A stretch of DNA of 64,000 bases, from contig NC_043006.1 in NCBI RefSeq assembly GCF_006345805.1, forward strand, positions 78,306,001 through 78,370,000, read 5' to 3'. The position numbers and the translations under genes are program-made. Shown here in pieces: positions 27,097 to 41,205 of the stretch. The first letter of the stretch is position 1. Each line of letters starts with the position of its first letter. The notes under the pieces are model-generated. The model ran no database searches and was not told where the DNA came from. It saw only the letters and a list, made by a program, of their open reading frames with translations. Origin of the DNA: Octopus sinensis (lineage: Eukaryota).

Positions 27097-28403
27097 AACA
27101 AACAAACAAACAAACAAACAAGTACAGAAACGCATGTGCATATAAGGATACACACCTTAGAAGTACAGAATGGAGTAAGTGGAGCAAGAATACACACGAA
27201 AAAGAAAAGTGTCACTGAAGAGGTCACAGACGTGTGACGAAAGATTTCCGGACAATGGACACGAGTTAAAATAATGAAATAAGAACAGTAATAAACGAGT
27301 AAAGAAAAAAGTGCGTGTGTTTATTTGGCAAAAAAAAATGACTATTCCGAAATACATTGTGAATTAAAACATATTTCGGCTTTCTCCCACGCAGAACAAT
27401 TGATATCAATTGCGCCAAGCTGTAGGAAATATGTACTAGGTTATCAGGCAATGTCACCTATCTCGAACAAGACTAACGTCGTCTTATTCAGGATGGTGAA
27501 AAGTGATACGAGTTCAATGTATAGTGAACCACCCTTCTTTAAAATCTAAGTATGTTTGCATTCTATATGAGTAAAATGCTCTAGGAATGGAAAAAACACC
27601 GTCAAATCTTGTTTCTCCTTTCTTTGAAATAAACCTGGCGTTTTTCAGTAATATTTTAAATAATATCAAATTTCTAGCTTACACATACTACAAATGTTAA
27701 AGATAGTTGAGTTGAAAAAACTGACACGCAAGGAGCAGGAGTATTGACAGTCTCTTGTCTCCTGTATGCGTTTTTATAATTCCATTTATATGAGGTCACG
27801 TAAACAAATCATTCTCGCCGTTGTAAACAGTGACAGCAATGTGACACATGCGATTGTAATTGTGTCACTCTATGTTATCCGTTTCCAGCAGACGTAATGA
27901 ACAATTGACATGATCAGTAGAGCGTCGGACAAACTGCCTTGTAGTATTTGCTCCTTATATTTTTAGTTCAGTTTCTCCCGGTGTCAACTTTATCTTTTAT
28001 TCCTCGGTTGTTAATAAAATTACATACCAGCCATGTAATCGACTGTCTCGATTACATGGCTATAAAAGGCAGGATGTGTGTGTGTGTGTGTGTGTGTGTA
28101 CGTGAATGTAATTTATGCACGTCCACAAATTAGCAAGCATGTCACTCCAATTTTAGGAGGACATTCGTCATGAACCTAGCTGTATTTTCGTCAACTTATG
28201 TTTACCAGAGACACCAGCGAAGAGCAGTAAAAATAGGTTTTCAACCAAAACTTTTAACAATTTTCAAGTCGGAGAAATCACAATTGTTCGCAAACTGGAC
28301 TTAAGTCCCCTTCTAGCGACGAGTAAGTTTTTGTTAAGACTTTTGTTGGTGTTTTTTTCCATCGAGGAAAACAAACACATACACACGAACATGTATGCCC
28401 ATA

Positions 28404-28792
28404 TCGATTATATAAAATCCGTTCTGTCTGTGTGTGTGTGTGTTCTAGGATCTCGGGCATCCTCCAGCTGATTGCGCACAAATTTGATGTGTAGACACCG
28501 ACGGTATTAGGGCGTGTATAAGTCTTGAAATAATTACAAAAATCGATTCCAGGTGAGAATGCGATCGATAAAGCCGTGGGAACGTGCATTTGTAAAATCG
28601 TTTTTCTTGGAATAGAAAAAAGTCTATCTTTATTTCTTCTTTTGCTGGTACCTCAAATTTAGTTTAAATCAGTGTTTCTCAAAGGGGAGGTCTACAGGAC
28701 GGTCGGACAAGTTGTTTTGAGAAAATTTGGCTTAAATGTTTAACAACTCAGTACCATCCATTGGACGGGGGGGGGGCGTTTTGCTCGTACAT

Positions 28793-28826
<34 letters not shown>

Positions 28827-28950
28827 AACCAATTTCAACGGATTTCGCCCAAATTTGACGTCGATGTTTCTTAGTTTGGTTTGAAATAAAGAACTTGATT
28901 AACTTAATAATCCTAACTTAATCCCGGACAAAGCCGAGTTATACTGCTAG
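28404..28950 (+). mobile_element. Non-autonomous Helitron (second family)
   Basis: A|TCGATTATATAAAATCC...TGTCTGTGTGTG start; degenerate CCCGGACAAAGCCGAG hairpin about 10 nt before CTAG|T. Confidence 0.7.
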
Positions 28951-28987
28951 TGGCTGATAATTTGAGAGCTCACTGTTATGCAGTGGT

Positions 28988-29370
28988 AAAGTGGCGAGCT
29001 GGCAGAAACGTTAGCACGCCGGGCGAAATGCGTAGCCGTATTTCGTCTACTGCTACGTTCTGAGTTCAAATTCCGCTGAGGTCGACTTTACCTTTCATCC
29101 TTTCGGGGTCGATAAGTTAAGTACCAGTTACGCACTGGGGTCGATGTAATCGACTTAATACCTTTGTCTGTCCTTGTTTGTCCCCTCTATTTTTAGCCCC
29201 TTGAGGGTACTAAAGAAATAGGTAGTCCGTCTTTACATTCTAAGTTCAAATTCTGCCGGCGTCGACTTTGCCTTTCATCCTCTTGGTGTTCATAAAATAT
29301 GGACCAGTTGAATATTGGCATCGATGTAATCGACTTATCCTCTCCCCCAAATTTCAAACCAATGTTATGC
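28988..29370 (+). mobile_element. SINE family A, head plus two units
   Basis: GGCGAGCTGGCAGAAACGTTAGC head; junction AAAGAAATAGGTA leads into a second, more decayed unit. Confidence 0.85.
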
Positions 29371-31266
29371 TATTGATATTGTTGTCATTGATGTTATTAA
29401 GCCCCAACTCAGTTCTAATCTAATAATTCTATGGTCTAACACTCTGCAGTCAGTTGCATCATATCATTAAATATACCTGTTAGTTTACTTCACACGCCAT
29501 TCATGTTTCTGAATCCTAATTAAATTTCTAATTCTATTTCTTTTGTCCCTGATATATTCCTTTATCTAAAGTATTCTTCCTTTTAAAAAAACCAAAGTGT
29601 TTTGCAAAAATTTGATTGCTATATCTAGCAGGTCGAGTGACGACGAAGAAGCTGCTTCGCTGGGTGGTGCTTAGTAATTTCTGTTCTAGATAGATTATTT
29701 ATTGCTCTGAGAATAAGTAGACCTTCGACTAGTTGTTAATATTACAACGCCTCAATTTTCCCACTCTTTATATATATAGTATTCGGGTCATAAACAAATT
29801 AAAACCTAATGGAGCACAGAAAAAGAAATACAGAACAGAGAAAATGAATACAAAAGAAAGAAAATTTAATAGAATAGTGCAAGGAGGGGTGAATTAATCA
29901 TAGGGAAAATGAATAAAGCATTGATAAAAAGTAAGGCAAAACAGAGATGCTGTTGTTTTGGGAGCGAGAAAAATTTGCCATTTACATAACTTACTTTTCC
30001 ATTAATCTCCTTAAAAAATACATTAACATTGTCATTTTATTTCTTTCACTAGGAATATGTCCCATATTGCGAAACTATTTTAGCTATACATTTAGTTATT
30101 CATTTATTGGAGATTAAGAGGTAGATCAAAAATAATATGGCTGAATAATATCAATAGTCTTTGTTGATCAGGCTTGGAATCCAACCGGATATCTTAATGA
30201 TGATTGCTTCTGATAGGACACTTGGAAGAGGTACCTGAGAATTCTACGTCAACGAATCTGGCAGGAATACTGGGCAAAGACAATGGATGGATAAGTGGTA
30301 CAATATGACGATGGATGGTACAATAATACCTCCTTAAAGTCCTTCCGTACAAATTTGAAAATTTGAATTCCATATTTACTCAAACGCAACTTGGAAGACA
30401 TACTAGTCATTCAGAAACATACAAAAAACTGTTAATTTCAATTAAACATTTATTATCTGGTGAAGCTATTACGTGAAGTTCTTTTTGTGGTTTTGAATGG
30501 TTAGTATGTGTCTTCCACATGGTAAATGTTTTAGTTTCAACAAATGGTCTCTGATCATATCCCTTGACAGAAAAGTACATCTCCGAAATATCTATCCATA
30601 TTCTGTTAAATGCTGAGAAGGACGCTCTTTGGTATTTCTATACCGATTTTCTTCAGAGAACTAATTATTTAGAAAAGCAGATATATATCTTAAAATTCAC
30701 CTATCTTCTTCTAGAAAGTATAGATACCTGTTGAATCAGTCAAGATGAAACTAATATTTAGTTAATCCTTTCTTGAACCAAGTGCTCAGCGAGGATTGTC
30801 ATTCAGTTTGATTGAAGCCATTGCAAGGAGCTTCCCCTGGCGGCTATACTGATTAAATAAGCCTTAATTGTGTAAAACAGAGGACACGTCTCATTAGTAA
30901 TATCCTTTTTCTATACTGGCATATTTCTAAACTACGAGAAACTACCGAATTAAATTGGTATTCATTAAAAATATATTTTAGCGAGAATTGTGAGTCGAGC
31001 ACACACAAACATTCCATTATATAGTTAAGTAAAATTGATGAGGAAAGCAATAGCAACATCATTTTAAAATATTAGGGTTCTACTAATAACATTAGTTAAG
31101 ATGAAGGAACAGTTGTTCATATCATGTTAACTGGTGCTGTATTATTTTTGACCCGACGCCCGAATGCTGAAAGTAAAGTTAACGTTTCAAAGGGAAATTT
31201 GAACCCAGAACGTAAAGAATCGAAATAAATATGACAAAATATTATATTCAAGGTTCTAATGATTCT

Positions 31267-31499
31267 TATTTCGTTATTGCCCACAAAGGGCTAAACATAG
31301 AGGGGACAAACAAGGACAGACAAACGGATTAAGTCGATTACATCGACTCCAGTGCGTAACTGGTACTAACTTTATCGACCCCGAAAGGAGGAAAGGCAAA
31401 GTCGACCTCGGCGGAATTTGAACTCAGAACGTAACGGCAGAAGAAATACCGCTAAGTATTTCGCCCGGCATGCTATCGATTCTGCCAGCTCACCGCCTT
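31267..31499 (-). mobile_element. SINE family A with 19-bp TSD, nested in an older copy
   Basis: TCAAGGTTCTAATGATTCT at 31248-31266 and 31500-31518; the flanks are themselves a decayed family A head. Confidence 0.9.
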
Positions 31500-32956
31500 T
31501 CAAGGTTCTAATGATTCTGCTAGTTTTTACATCGACAGGAAGTTACAAATATGCAAGTGGGGAGTATAACTGACTGAAGTAACATGCAGTACTAAAGATG
31601 GGTGTAAAGTGATTACAGATGGGATCTGAAATGGAAATTTCTAAGCACAAGAGTTCGGAAATTAAGAACAAAAGTCACAATAATTGCTTCTGATGTTGGT
31701 ACAAGACCAGCAATTGTGAGGCGCCAGCAATTGTGAAGAGACAGCAATTTTGAGGAGCCATCAATTTATGTTTCTATTTTTGTGCGTGTATGCGGTGGGA
31801 CTAGCAATTTTGAGGGAAAGAGGCTTAAGCAATTTCACCAAGTACTTGACCTGTACTTTATTTTATCGAACCCGAAGAAATAAAAGACAAAATTGACCTC
31901 GACAGGACTGTTACTGAGAATGTAAAGTTGGAACAAACACTGCCAGGTGTGTAGTTCGACGCTTTTAACAAAGCAATAACGAAAAATATTTCTATCTTCC
32001 CACGCCATGTTGAATAAGCTGAAAGCTGGAAAGAGACTAGAATCACCAACAATTCATATATTGTGGCTATGTTGAAGGCCAAAACACGCATTTTTCACTC
32101 ACACTTCACAGCAATATAAATAGATACTAGATATGCGAGCTTGTATGAGTCATTAATTTTCGTTGCTGGGAGAAAGACTTACATTTGACGTTTCAAATTA
32201 AGATACTTCAACAGAGTGTGGTGCTTTCGAATTCAATAGTATGACTTCCATATCCATTCTCAGGCTGTACTATTCAACGTTATCGGTGTTTTCACTGGCA
32301 TCGAGAACTATCGTATTTAATGGCATAAAAACGCGCGGGCATCTAGTAAGATGTACTCTAATTACGACTGTGAACATTTTTAGAGTATTAAAGAACCAAC
32401 TTTGCATATAGGACCCGGGATAGCTTTTTAGACTATTTTTATTAAAAAAGTGCATCCTCCCATTAAATACAGTAATAAATCACTTTTCATCAGTGGTACT
32501 TGGTCCAAAACTTAGGTAATTTCATTTTTAAATCAATTAAACACTTAAATTTTACAACTATTGTTACCGATTAAGACCTTCATCAGTTTCACTGGATTCC
32601 AGAACTTACCATTGTAAATAGCTATTACGTGTAGAAAGAGATCACATAAGTTGGTTGGAGAATTGTGATATCAAATAATGAGTATATCATAATTTAACAT
32701 TACCCTGAAAATGAAAACTGAAATCGCCATAGGTCCGTAAGTAACGCAACGACTAGCAATGCCTTCGGTATTATGTTAAAATCGACGTGCTCTGACAACC
32801 TCTATGCTTCAGTTTCTTCGATGCCCCAAGCGCATTCACATTTCTGTAAAGGACCTCACTTTGACATTAAACCAATTATTACAATTACTGAGCTGTTGTG
32901 TACATATGGTTACCTTACGCATTAACCATATTACTCTACAATAAAGTAGATGATAC

Positions 32957-33268
32957 GGAGGCACATGGCCTAGTGGTCAGAGCAGCGGAGACGAGGTCGA
33001 GGGATCGCGTGTTCGAATCTCAGACAGGGCGATGAGTGTATTTATGAGTGAAACACCTGAGGTCCACGCGGCTCCGGCAGGAGGTAATGGCGAACTTCTG
33101 ACTCTTTCGCCACAACTTTCTCTCACTCTGTCTTCCTGCATCTGGCAGCTCACTTGTGACGGACCGGCGTCCCGTCCAGGTGGGAGACCCATTCGTCAAA
33201 GAAACCAGGAAACCGGTCCTTACGAGCCAGGCATGGTTCGTGAAGGAACAAGCAACAGCAACAAGATA
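32957..33268 (+). mobile_element. SINE with family D head/body and family C-like tail
   Basis: The body matches 56113-56300; the tail GACGGACCGGCGTCCCGTCCAG...GAAACCAGGAAACCGG matches the family C tail. Confidence 0.75.
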
Positions 33269-33553
33269 GATGATACCTGAGATACCGCGGACAATCATAG
33301 TGATGAGAAACACACGCACAAGCGCAACGCGCATGCACACACACACACACACACACATAAAGGTATACATTTACACTAAGTCACAAATATACGTGTATGA
33401 TGTATATTTGAGTCAGTGTGTCTATGTAAGTATTTCTCGAATGAAATCCAAGAAGACTGTCTCTCGGTGTATTCAAATACTTCGGAAATGCTGAGGGTGT
33501 ATTCGTATTATAGTATACTTAGTATAAATTTGTTTCTTTTGATAGATACATGA

Positions 33554-33633
<80 letters not shown>

Positions 33634-33683
33634 ATAGATATGGACTTACATTAGATATACTACATTTTCTCTATATGGCTATC

Positions 33684-34932
33684 GAGCATCTTAATTTTGA
33701 AATATCTATAAAACCGTCAAGAGCATGTTCATTTCTATGTTTTTTTTATTTATTATTAGTGTTGCTTAATATATTTTGTTAAAATTGCTGTTTCTTTTCA
33801 CATATCACCAGAAAAAGGTAATTAAAATTCATAAAAATGACATATCTATCGGGATTTCAAAGAGGTCAAATTGTTGGTGTTTGTATGGTAGGCGTTAGAG
33901 TAAAGAAAACAGCCGAAATGTTTGGTGTCTCAAGATGTACTGTCGCGAAAGTAATGACAGCCTTTGAGAAAGAGGGAAAAATCTCATCTTTGAAACAAAA
34001 CTCCGGAAGAAAACTAAAACCTTCAGATAGGGACCGTCGGATTCTTACGCGAATTCTTAGAAAGGATCACAAAATTACAGCTCCCAAAATTACTGCAGAG
34101 CTTAATAACCACCTCGAGAACCCAGTTTTTAAAAAAACAGTTCACCGGGAGCTGTAAAAAGCCGGATTTCAAGGGAGGGCTGCAATCAGAAAAGCACTAC
34201 TTTCAAAAACAAACGTTGCAAAGCGTTTAGAGTGGAGTAAAAACCTACAGAATTGGGCCCTTGAACAGTGGAAGAATGCTGTTTTCTCGGACGAGTCATC
34301 CTTTACCTCATTTCCGATTACTGGCCGAGTATACGTGTGGTTACAATCAAAAGAATCAGTTGACCCAGACTGCCTTCTTCCAACAGTTAAACATGTAGGA
34401 GAATCTGTGATGATCCTGAGAGGAAATCTGCCAGATGATGATCTTGGAAATCTGCCAGACCAATGGTTTCCCTTCATGGCGGAATTAATACTCAAGACTC
34501 TTTAAGCATTTTATGTGATCAAATTCATCCTGTGGTTGCGGAACTTTTTCTGGAGGGAAACGCAATCTTTCAAGATGATAATGCACCGATTCACTCAGCT
34601 AAAATTGTTACTGAATGACATGAGGAACATTCTAGTGAAGTTCAACATCTTATCTGGCCACCACTGTCCCCAGATCTCAATATTATTCAACATTTACGGC
34701 ACATTTTAGAAAAAAATTAAGGTGTCGATGCCCTCCACCATCATCACTACATGAACTGGAGAATGTTTTACCTGAAGAATGGACAAAATCCCTTTGAAAA
34801 CAATTCAAACTGTGTACGATTCCATAATTCATAGAATTCAAGCTGTAATTTCTGCCAAAGGCTGTCCTACCCCATATTAAGATAAATTTGTTTGAAGTTT
34901 TAAGCTGTTTCCATTATGTTGTCCAACCGCTG
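33684..34932 (+). mobile_element. Decayed Tc1-like DNA transposon (DD36E spacing), right TIR retained
   Basis: Transposase MTYLSGFQRGQIVG...RKDHKITAPKITAEL; VFSDES; QDDNAPIHS...WPPLSPDLNIIQH; ends AKGCPTPY* at 34880. Right TIR ...CCATTATGTTGTCCAACCGCTG followed by TA. Contains stops and frameshifts. Confidence 0.9.
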
Positions 34933-35230
34933 TATAACGCGGAAGAAGGGGAATATTCTTTATGTTGTATGTCTCGTTTCTCTGTTTTTTTCGTTGTTCA
35001 AAAAAAAGTTTGGTTCTATGTTTTTGTTTTTATGTTTTCGTTTCTCATTGTGTTCAACGTTCTTTTGATATCCTGTACCCATATATGTATGTATATATAC
35101 ATATATATGTAGGTATGAACATATATGTCTATATATATGCATATATATGTAGGTATGTACATATATGTCTATAGATATGCATATATATGTAGGTATGTAC
35201 ATATATGTCTATATATATGCATATATATGC

Positions 35231-35264
<34 letters not shown>

Positions 35265-35265
<1 letters not shown>

Positions 35266-35470
35266 AAGTTAATCCAAACATGAAAACACAGAGAGAAAAC
35301 ACAACAACGCGAGGACGTGAAACAAATATAGTATTATTGGACGCTCAGAAAGAAGGAGGGTTTTACGTTTCGAGCGGAGCTCTTCGTCAGAAACATAGGA
35401 AAAGGAAAGATCCGGAGAAGAGAAGACGGAGGGGAAAAAATCGCCAACGGTACACACGCGGTCATATTGA
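35265..35470 (-). mobile_element. Solo PLE terminal-repeat fragment (second subfamily) carrying a hammerhead
   Basis: Same layout as the Neptune 3' end (CT-rich lead, hammerhead, TTTCTGAGCGTC...AATA, T-rich tail) and it ends directly in (TA)n. Confidence 0.65.
35360..35394 (-). ncRNA. Minimal type-I hammerhead ribozyme, intact core
   Basis: Minus strand GTTT CTGACGA A GAGC-TCC-GCTC GAAAC GT A AAAC: stem I GTTT/AAAC, core CUGANGA, 4-bp stem II, GAAA, loopless palindromic ACGT stem III, GUA cleavage triplet. Confidence 0.8.
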
Positions 35471-35576
35471 TCTGAAGGTTTACTCTATACTTTTAGAGTG
35501 TACAAATTTATTATTCTTACACAAGAATATCACTGAGTGATTTCGAAGTTTCGGCCAGGGAAGCCATCGTTGGACA

Positions 35577-35623
<47 letters not shown>

Positions 35624-35827
35624 AGAGACAGTGAGAGAGAGGGACACACACACATATATGCATGATTTTTTTCTTTATAAATGTGTATATAATTTCATTT
35701 GAACTCGCTTTTCATATATCAGTGTGCGCTAAGGTAGATTGTTTTGATAAAATATCAACTGTGTCTGAAAATTCTCCTTATGTTGGCATTGAGAGACTGC
35801 AATTTTTCTAGCACGAAACATCGTTAA

Positions 35828-36040
35828 CCCTTTAGCATTCAAACCGGTCATATCTGGCCAAAATATTTAACCTGTTTTATATTGAAACTGACCAGATCTC
35901 ACCTCAGCCCTACCATGTCATTCTAAAACTAAAAAATCACATCACTGAAATCTCTAAACTACAAAATAATGCATGATTAATTCAAACCATTTTAAATAAA
36001 CAAACATCACATTTGACAGAATAATCTGAACACTAAAGGG
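35828..36040. mobile_element. piggyBac-type MITE
   Basis: TTAA|CCCTTTAGCATTCA...TGAACACTAAAGGG|TTAA: TTAA duplication and CCC...GGG termini; 213 bp, non-coding. Confidence 0.85.
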
Positions 36041-36349
36041 TTAATGAGGGAGTGTCCATCTTAAGGCTTGGTATGTTAAATAATATATGGGACAAGCAAG
36101 TTCCAGCAGTGGGGGCTACAGAAACTGGGTTAGCGATTCAGATTAAATATATTTGTTTTGTTTTGTTTTGTTATAAGGTTTAAGGTAGTTGACAAAATGG
36201 AGTTTGGGAGAGGAATGAGAATGAAGTAAGGGCGGCGAATAATGGGAATGAGGAGACAGGAAAGAAATAGAGAAGAGGGAGGAGATGTAAGGAAATGCAT
36301 ATGATGGCAACCGTTAGATGTCGATATAGGAAAGAAGAAGCGAAGGTGT

Positions 36350-36484
36350 TAGAGAAGGAGAAGAAGAAGAAGAAGAAGAAGCGATGGTGTTAGAGAAGAA
36401 GAAGAAGAAGAAGAAGAAGCGAAGGTGTTAGAGAAGAAGAAGAAGAAGAAGAAGAAGAAGAAGAAGAAGAAGAAGAAGAAGAAG

Positions 36485-36515
<31 letters not shown>
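36350..36515. repeat. (GAA)n tract with a thrice-repeated GCGAAGGTGTTAGAGAAG interruption
   Basis: Direct inspection. (AAT)n(AAG)n also at 21275-21415 and (GATA)n at 33555-33640. Confidence 0.9.
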
Positions 36516-36517
<2 letters not shown>

Positions 36518-36822
36518 ACAGTTTACACGAAGCAAAAGATAAATTATACGCTTGTCAAATTTATCAACTGGCGATATTAGGGTTGTGCTAATATGTCAAA
36601 TATACTTCAGCATTACACATGATCAGTCATGCGTGGAAGTGAAACAAAATTATAGATAGCTTAAGACAATTAAAAGACAAGATTAGCAATTTCAAGGTGT
36701 TCAGTGGGGAAGACACTATAAGGACAATGGGCAGATACAAATGTATTTAAACTAAGAGGTGGATATGATTGAAATTTATACTCATATGCCTGCATGTACC
36801 TGTACAAAACCCAGGCAAACAA

Positions 36823-36879
<57 letters not shown>

Positions 36880-36999
36880 TATATTTCTTCTTCTTCTCCT
36901 TCTATATATTATTCTATATTATTATCATCATCATTATTATTATTATTATTATTATTTTTATTTTTATTATTATTATTAATATCACTATTATTATTAATG

Positions 37000-37059
<60 letters not shown>

Positions 37060-38424
37060 CTCTTCATTCGCTTAAAGATGTTTCTGCTATATAAGTCAAT
37101 AAACTCGTGCTTGTGTTCTATTTCATTACTTCTTCAAAGCAATGAAACGAAACAGAAACACCTGCAAGCTAATGAAAGTGATTACGCAATTCGTGTTTAA
37201 TTTGTCATTAATTTCTATTATACACCGTACAAAAACACACGGATATTGAGTTCTACCAATTAATTATTTCTATATATCTATCTACATATGCATGTGTATG
37301 TAAGCCTCACTCTGTGTGTGTGTGTTTGGGTTCGTGTTAATAGGAATGACTTAACATATTTCCTATTTAGTGAGGCGTAACTACTTTAAAACAAGCCAGT
37401 CGTAATTGAGTTCACATTCCCTATTGAAAATTATATTTTCTTTCGTCTAGGCAAATTGTAAGTTGAGAGAAAAGAACACAGTTGTGTCTTTAACTACAGA
37501 TGAAATAATACGCCAAGTTCATGACTTCACACCCAAAAAAACATGACATTTATCCAGTCATGCTTGCAGTGAGACTACCAATAAGTATATTGAACCTATA
37601 TGGAACTTCATTATATATCTATTTATAGGTGAATAAAATCAAAATAAGCAACAGAATATCAAGAAATGATTTACTTATTAGTAAGTAAGTATGTATATGA
37701 ATGAATAGTAAACTGATTCAATGTAATCTTCCATTTTTAATGTTGAAAATTCGTATATATACACATTATATCTATTTTGGTTATATCATTTTTGATAATC
37801 TTAAATTTTATCTTTATACAACGGAACAATATTGTTTATAAACAGTCACATATAGTATCCCAAGATAAATTTCTTCTGTATTAACATCACAGGTTTTATT
37901 AACATCTTGCCCCTTTAACTGGTAATTAATATCTTGATTCGGGGTCTTCTCCGATCCAGCCTCTTTTATAGACAGTTACTTTATACTACTCGTAAAATCT
38001 TCACAATATTTATGGCCACACCTAGCTGTGAACTGTCAACTCACTCCTACCCTCCATTCTAAACAGATACAGTCCTCTCTCTTAGATTTGTAGTTGATAA
38101 AAAGACTAATATATTAAAATGTACCAAATTCTTTTACAAACTACGACCAACAATAAACTTCATATATTTCTTGGAAGTGTAATATATTCTTAGCTACATT
38201 AGTAGCAACCTAGATTTTTTCTATCTTCTTGCTCTATTAGATTATTTGATTGAAAGTATATTAATGTGTTCGACTGATTAAAATTCTGCTTATTTATTTA
38301 TGAAGATGAAGAGGGAGCCCTGCATTTAAATTGATGTAATGATTGCATTGTTCAATAAAATGGAGCCGCTTGAAACGGTCGTGTGGCATCACTTCTTGAT
38401 ATCTTGTTGCTTATTTTGATCCCC

Positions 38425-38498
<74 letters not shown>

Positions 38499-38585
38499 TA
38501 TATATATATATACACACATACATATCTATGTATATATATGCATATATATATACACACATAATATACACATGCACACATATATATG

Positions 38586-38619
<34 letters not shown>

Positions 38620-38699
38620 TGCACATATATATGTACATATATATATACACATACACACACATACATAAATATATCCATATATATATATATATATATATA

Positions 38700-41205
38700 A
38701 CGGGAAGCTTTATGAAAATAAACAAAAGACGAAGGCAGGTGGAAAAAAAAACGAACAATTGTATTAGTATGACGCTCAGGAAATATAAATAAAACAAGTC
38801 TTTAACGTTTCGAGCCTACGCTCTTCAACAGAAAGATACACAGAGAGAGAGAAAAAACACAGAAAGAGGAGGAGAGAAAAAAAATGCGTGCAGTAGCTAA
38901 CGAATCAACATGGCGATCTGATTTCGGCCAGAGGTCAAAGATCAAACATGAGACGCGAGAGAGCGAAATAAGGGGAGATAATAGGGTTGATAAAAGGTTG
39001 AGGGACCAGCTAAAAGTGCGTGGGAGGGGTCTGGATGTGTGTATGTATAGGGTTGGTGTATGTATTAGTATGTATAAGGGTGTGTGTGTGTGTGTTGGTG
39101 TGTGTGTGTGTGTGTATGAGAGAGTATTAGTGCGTAAGATTGGTCTGGACGTGCGTATGTATGGGGTGGTGTATGTATTAGTATGTATTAGTATGTATTA
39201 GTACGTATTGGTATGTATAGGTGTGTGTGTGTGTGTGTGTGAGAGAGTATAAGTGCGTATGCGGGGTCTGGACGGTGTATGTATAGGGTTGGTGTAAGTA
39301 TTAGTATGTACTAGTATGTATTAGTACGTATTAGTATGTATTAGTGGGTGTGTGTATTAGTATGGCACATCATATGTGATGTGATGTGTAAAGTCATGTG
39401 TGTGGTGTAGGAGAGAGGAGAAAGAGGGGAGGGGGAGAGGGGAGGGGAGGAGAAGGGGAGGGGAAGAAGAGGGGGAGGAGAAGGGGGGAGAGGAGAGGAT
39501 GGGGGAGAAGAAGGAAGGGGATGAGGGGGATGAAGGAGGAAAGAGGGAGAGGGGGAGAAGAGAAGGGGAGAGAGGAGTGAGGGAGCAGAGGGAAGGGGAA
39601 GAGGGAGGGAGAAAGAGGGAAGAAGGGAAGGGGAGTAGGGGTGAAAGGATGAAGGACTGAAGAGGTAGGGTCGGGGGGAGAGAAGGAAAAGGATAGGTGA
39701 GGAGGGGGGTGAGGTTAGATGAGGAGGGGGGAGAGTTGAGACCAAATGGCGTATAAGAGCGAAGAGAGAAGATTAATTCCTGTTCACGGCGCAAACGGGA
39801 ATCCGGATGGCCTCTGTGTAAGGACAAACCGAACACAGATAGTGTTGCAAGGAGTGACCGGTGGAGCGGAAATGGCGTGAGACCGGTGTGTCGTTCGCAA
39901 GGTGGATGTCACGAAGGTGTTCCGCGAACCGGTCAGCCAAGCGGCGTCCCGTTTGTCCGATGTACAAGGAATTGCAGAGAGAGCAAGAGATGCAATAGAT
40001 AATATTGCTGGAGGTGCAGGTGAAGGAGTGGATGATGGGATAGGGTCGATGGTGGGTGCTAGTGAGGCGGGTGGTGTTGGAGAGGTAAGGGCAAGTGCGG
40101 CAACGTGGGCGGGAGCAGGGGAACGAGCCGGGTTGGGAGGTAGGGTCAGGGAAGGAGCTATGGACCAAAAGGTCTCGAAGGTTGTGGGCTCGTTTGAAAG
40201 AGGGGAGGGGTCGGTAGGGAAGAGGGTGTGTGGAGTGGACGGTCGGACTGGAGATGACGGAAAGCTCGAAGAATGGTGCGTTGGAGACGTAGGGTCGTGG
40301 GGTGGTAAGTGAGGGGAAAAGGGAGGCGGGAGACTACAGGGCGGGTTCGGAGAGAGAGCAGATACACGGTCCACGGACCGTGCTCTGGCAAGGGCGGTGT
40401 GGATAGTGGTGAGGGGGTATCCACGTAGGGTGAAGTGGTGAGCCATACGTTGAGACTGAGTCTCAAAGTCATGGTCGTCACTACAGAGCCTACGTAGACG
40501 GGGAATGGGAATAGGGGATGGAAAGCTTGGTGTGTTCTGGGTGGGAGGAAGACAAGTTGAGGTATGAGTGTGAGTCTGTGTGTTTGTAGTGAATGGAGGT
40601 GGTAAGAGTGGAGTGAAGAATGCTAACCGAAATGTCGAGGAAGGAGACAGAGGTGTTGGAGATAGTGGAAGTGAAGTGGAGGGCTGGATGGAAAGATTGG
40701 ACGAAAGAGAGGAAGGAATCTAGATGTTCGCGGGAGAAGTGAGGTGGCACCGATAATGTCGTCAATATAACGACCATATAGTTCAGGAGTGGGACCAGTG
40801 AAATTAGAGAATATTTGGGCCTCAACATAGCCAACGAACAGTTCGCATACTTGGGGCCCATTCGCGTTCCCATGGCCACTCCCGAGACCTGATGGTAGAA
40901 CTCGCCCGCGAACAAGAAGCAGTTCAGAGTAAGGACAAGTTCGGCCAGACGAATGAGTGTGGAGGTGTCAGGTACAGGGTTAGAGCGGAGGTCAAGAAAG
41001 TGTCGAAGGGCCTGCAGTCCTTCGTGGTGAGGGATAACAGTATAGAGGCTTTGGATGTCCATAGTAAAAAGGATTTTGGAGGAGCCGGGAGGAAAGGAGA
41101 AAGAGTTGAAAAGGCGGAGAGCATGGTTGGTATCGTGGATGTGGGAGGGAAGAGATGCCACTAGGGGGCAAGGACACGGTCGAGGTATTTAGAGATGAGC
41201 TCCGT
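38700..41205 (-). mobile_element. Penelope-like retroelement, Neptune-type, 5'-truncated and frameshifted (RT + GIY-YIG)
   Basis: RT motifs FTMDIQSLYTVIPH, GVAMGTRMGPKYAN and GRYIDD (40758-40769, after a 1-nt frameshift). Cys linker CSRPRCRTC; endonuclease NIIYCISCSLCNSLYIGQTGRRLADRFAEH...HFRSTGH; C-terminus REQELIFSLRSYTPFGLN. Pyrimidine-rich 3' region and a terminal repeat with a hammerhead motif follow. Both ends abut (TA)n. Confidence 0.92.
38799..38836 (-). ncRNA. Minimal hammerhead motif in the Neptune terminal repeat (core mutated)
   Basis: TCTTT CTGTTGA A GAGC-GTAG-GCTC GAAAC GT T AAAGA. Stems are perfect; the core reads CUGUUGA (A6 lost). Confidence 0.7.
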
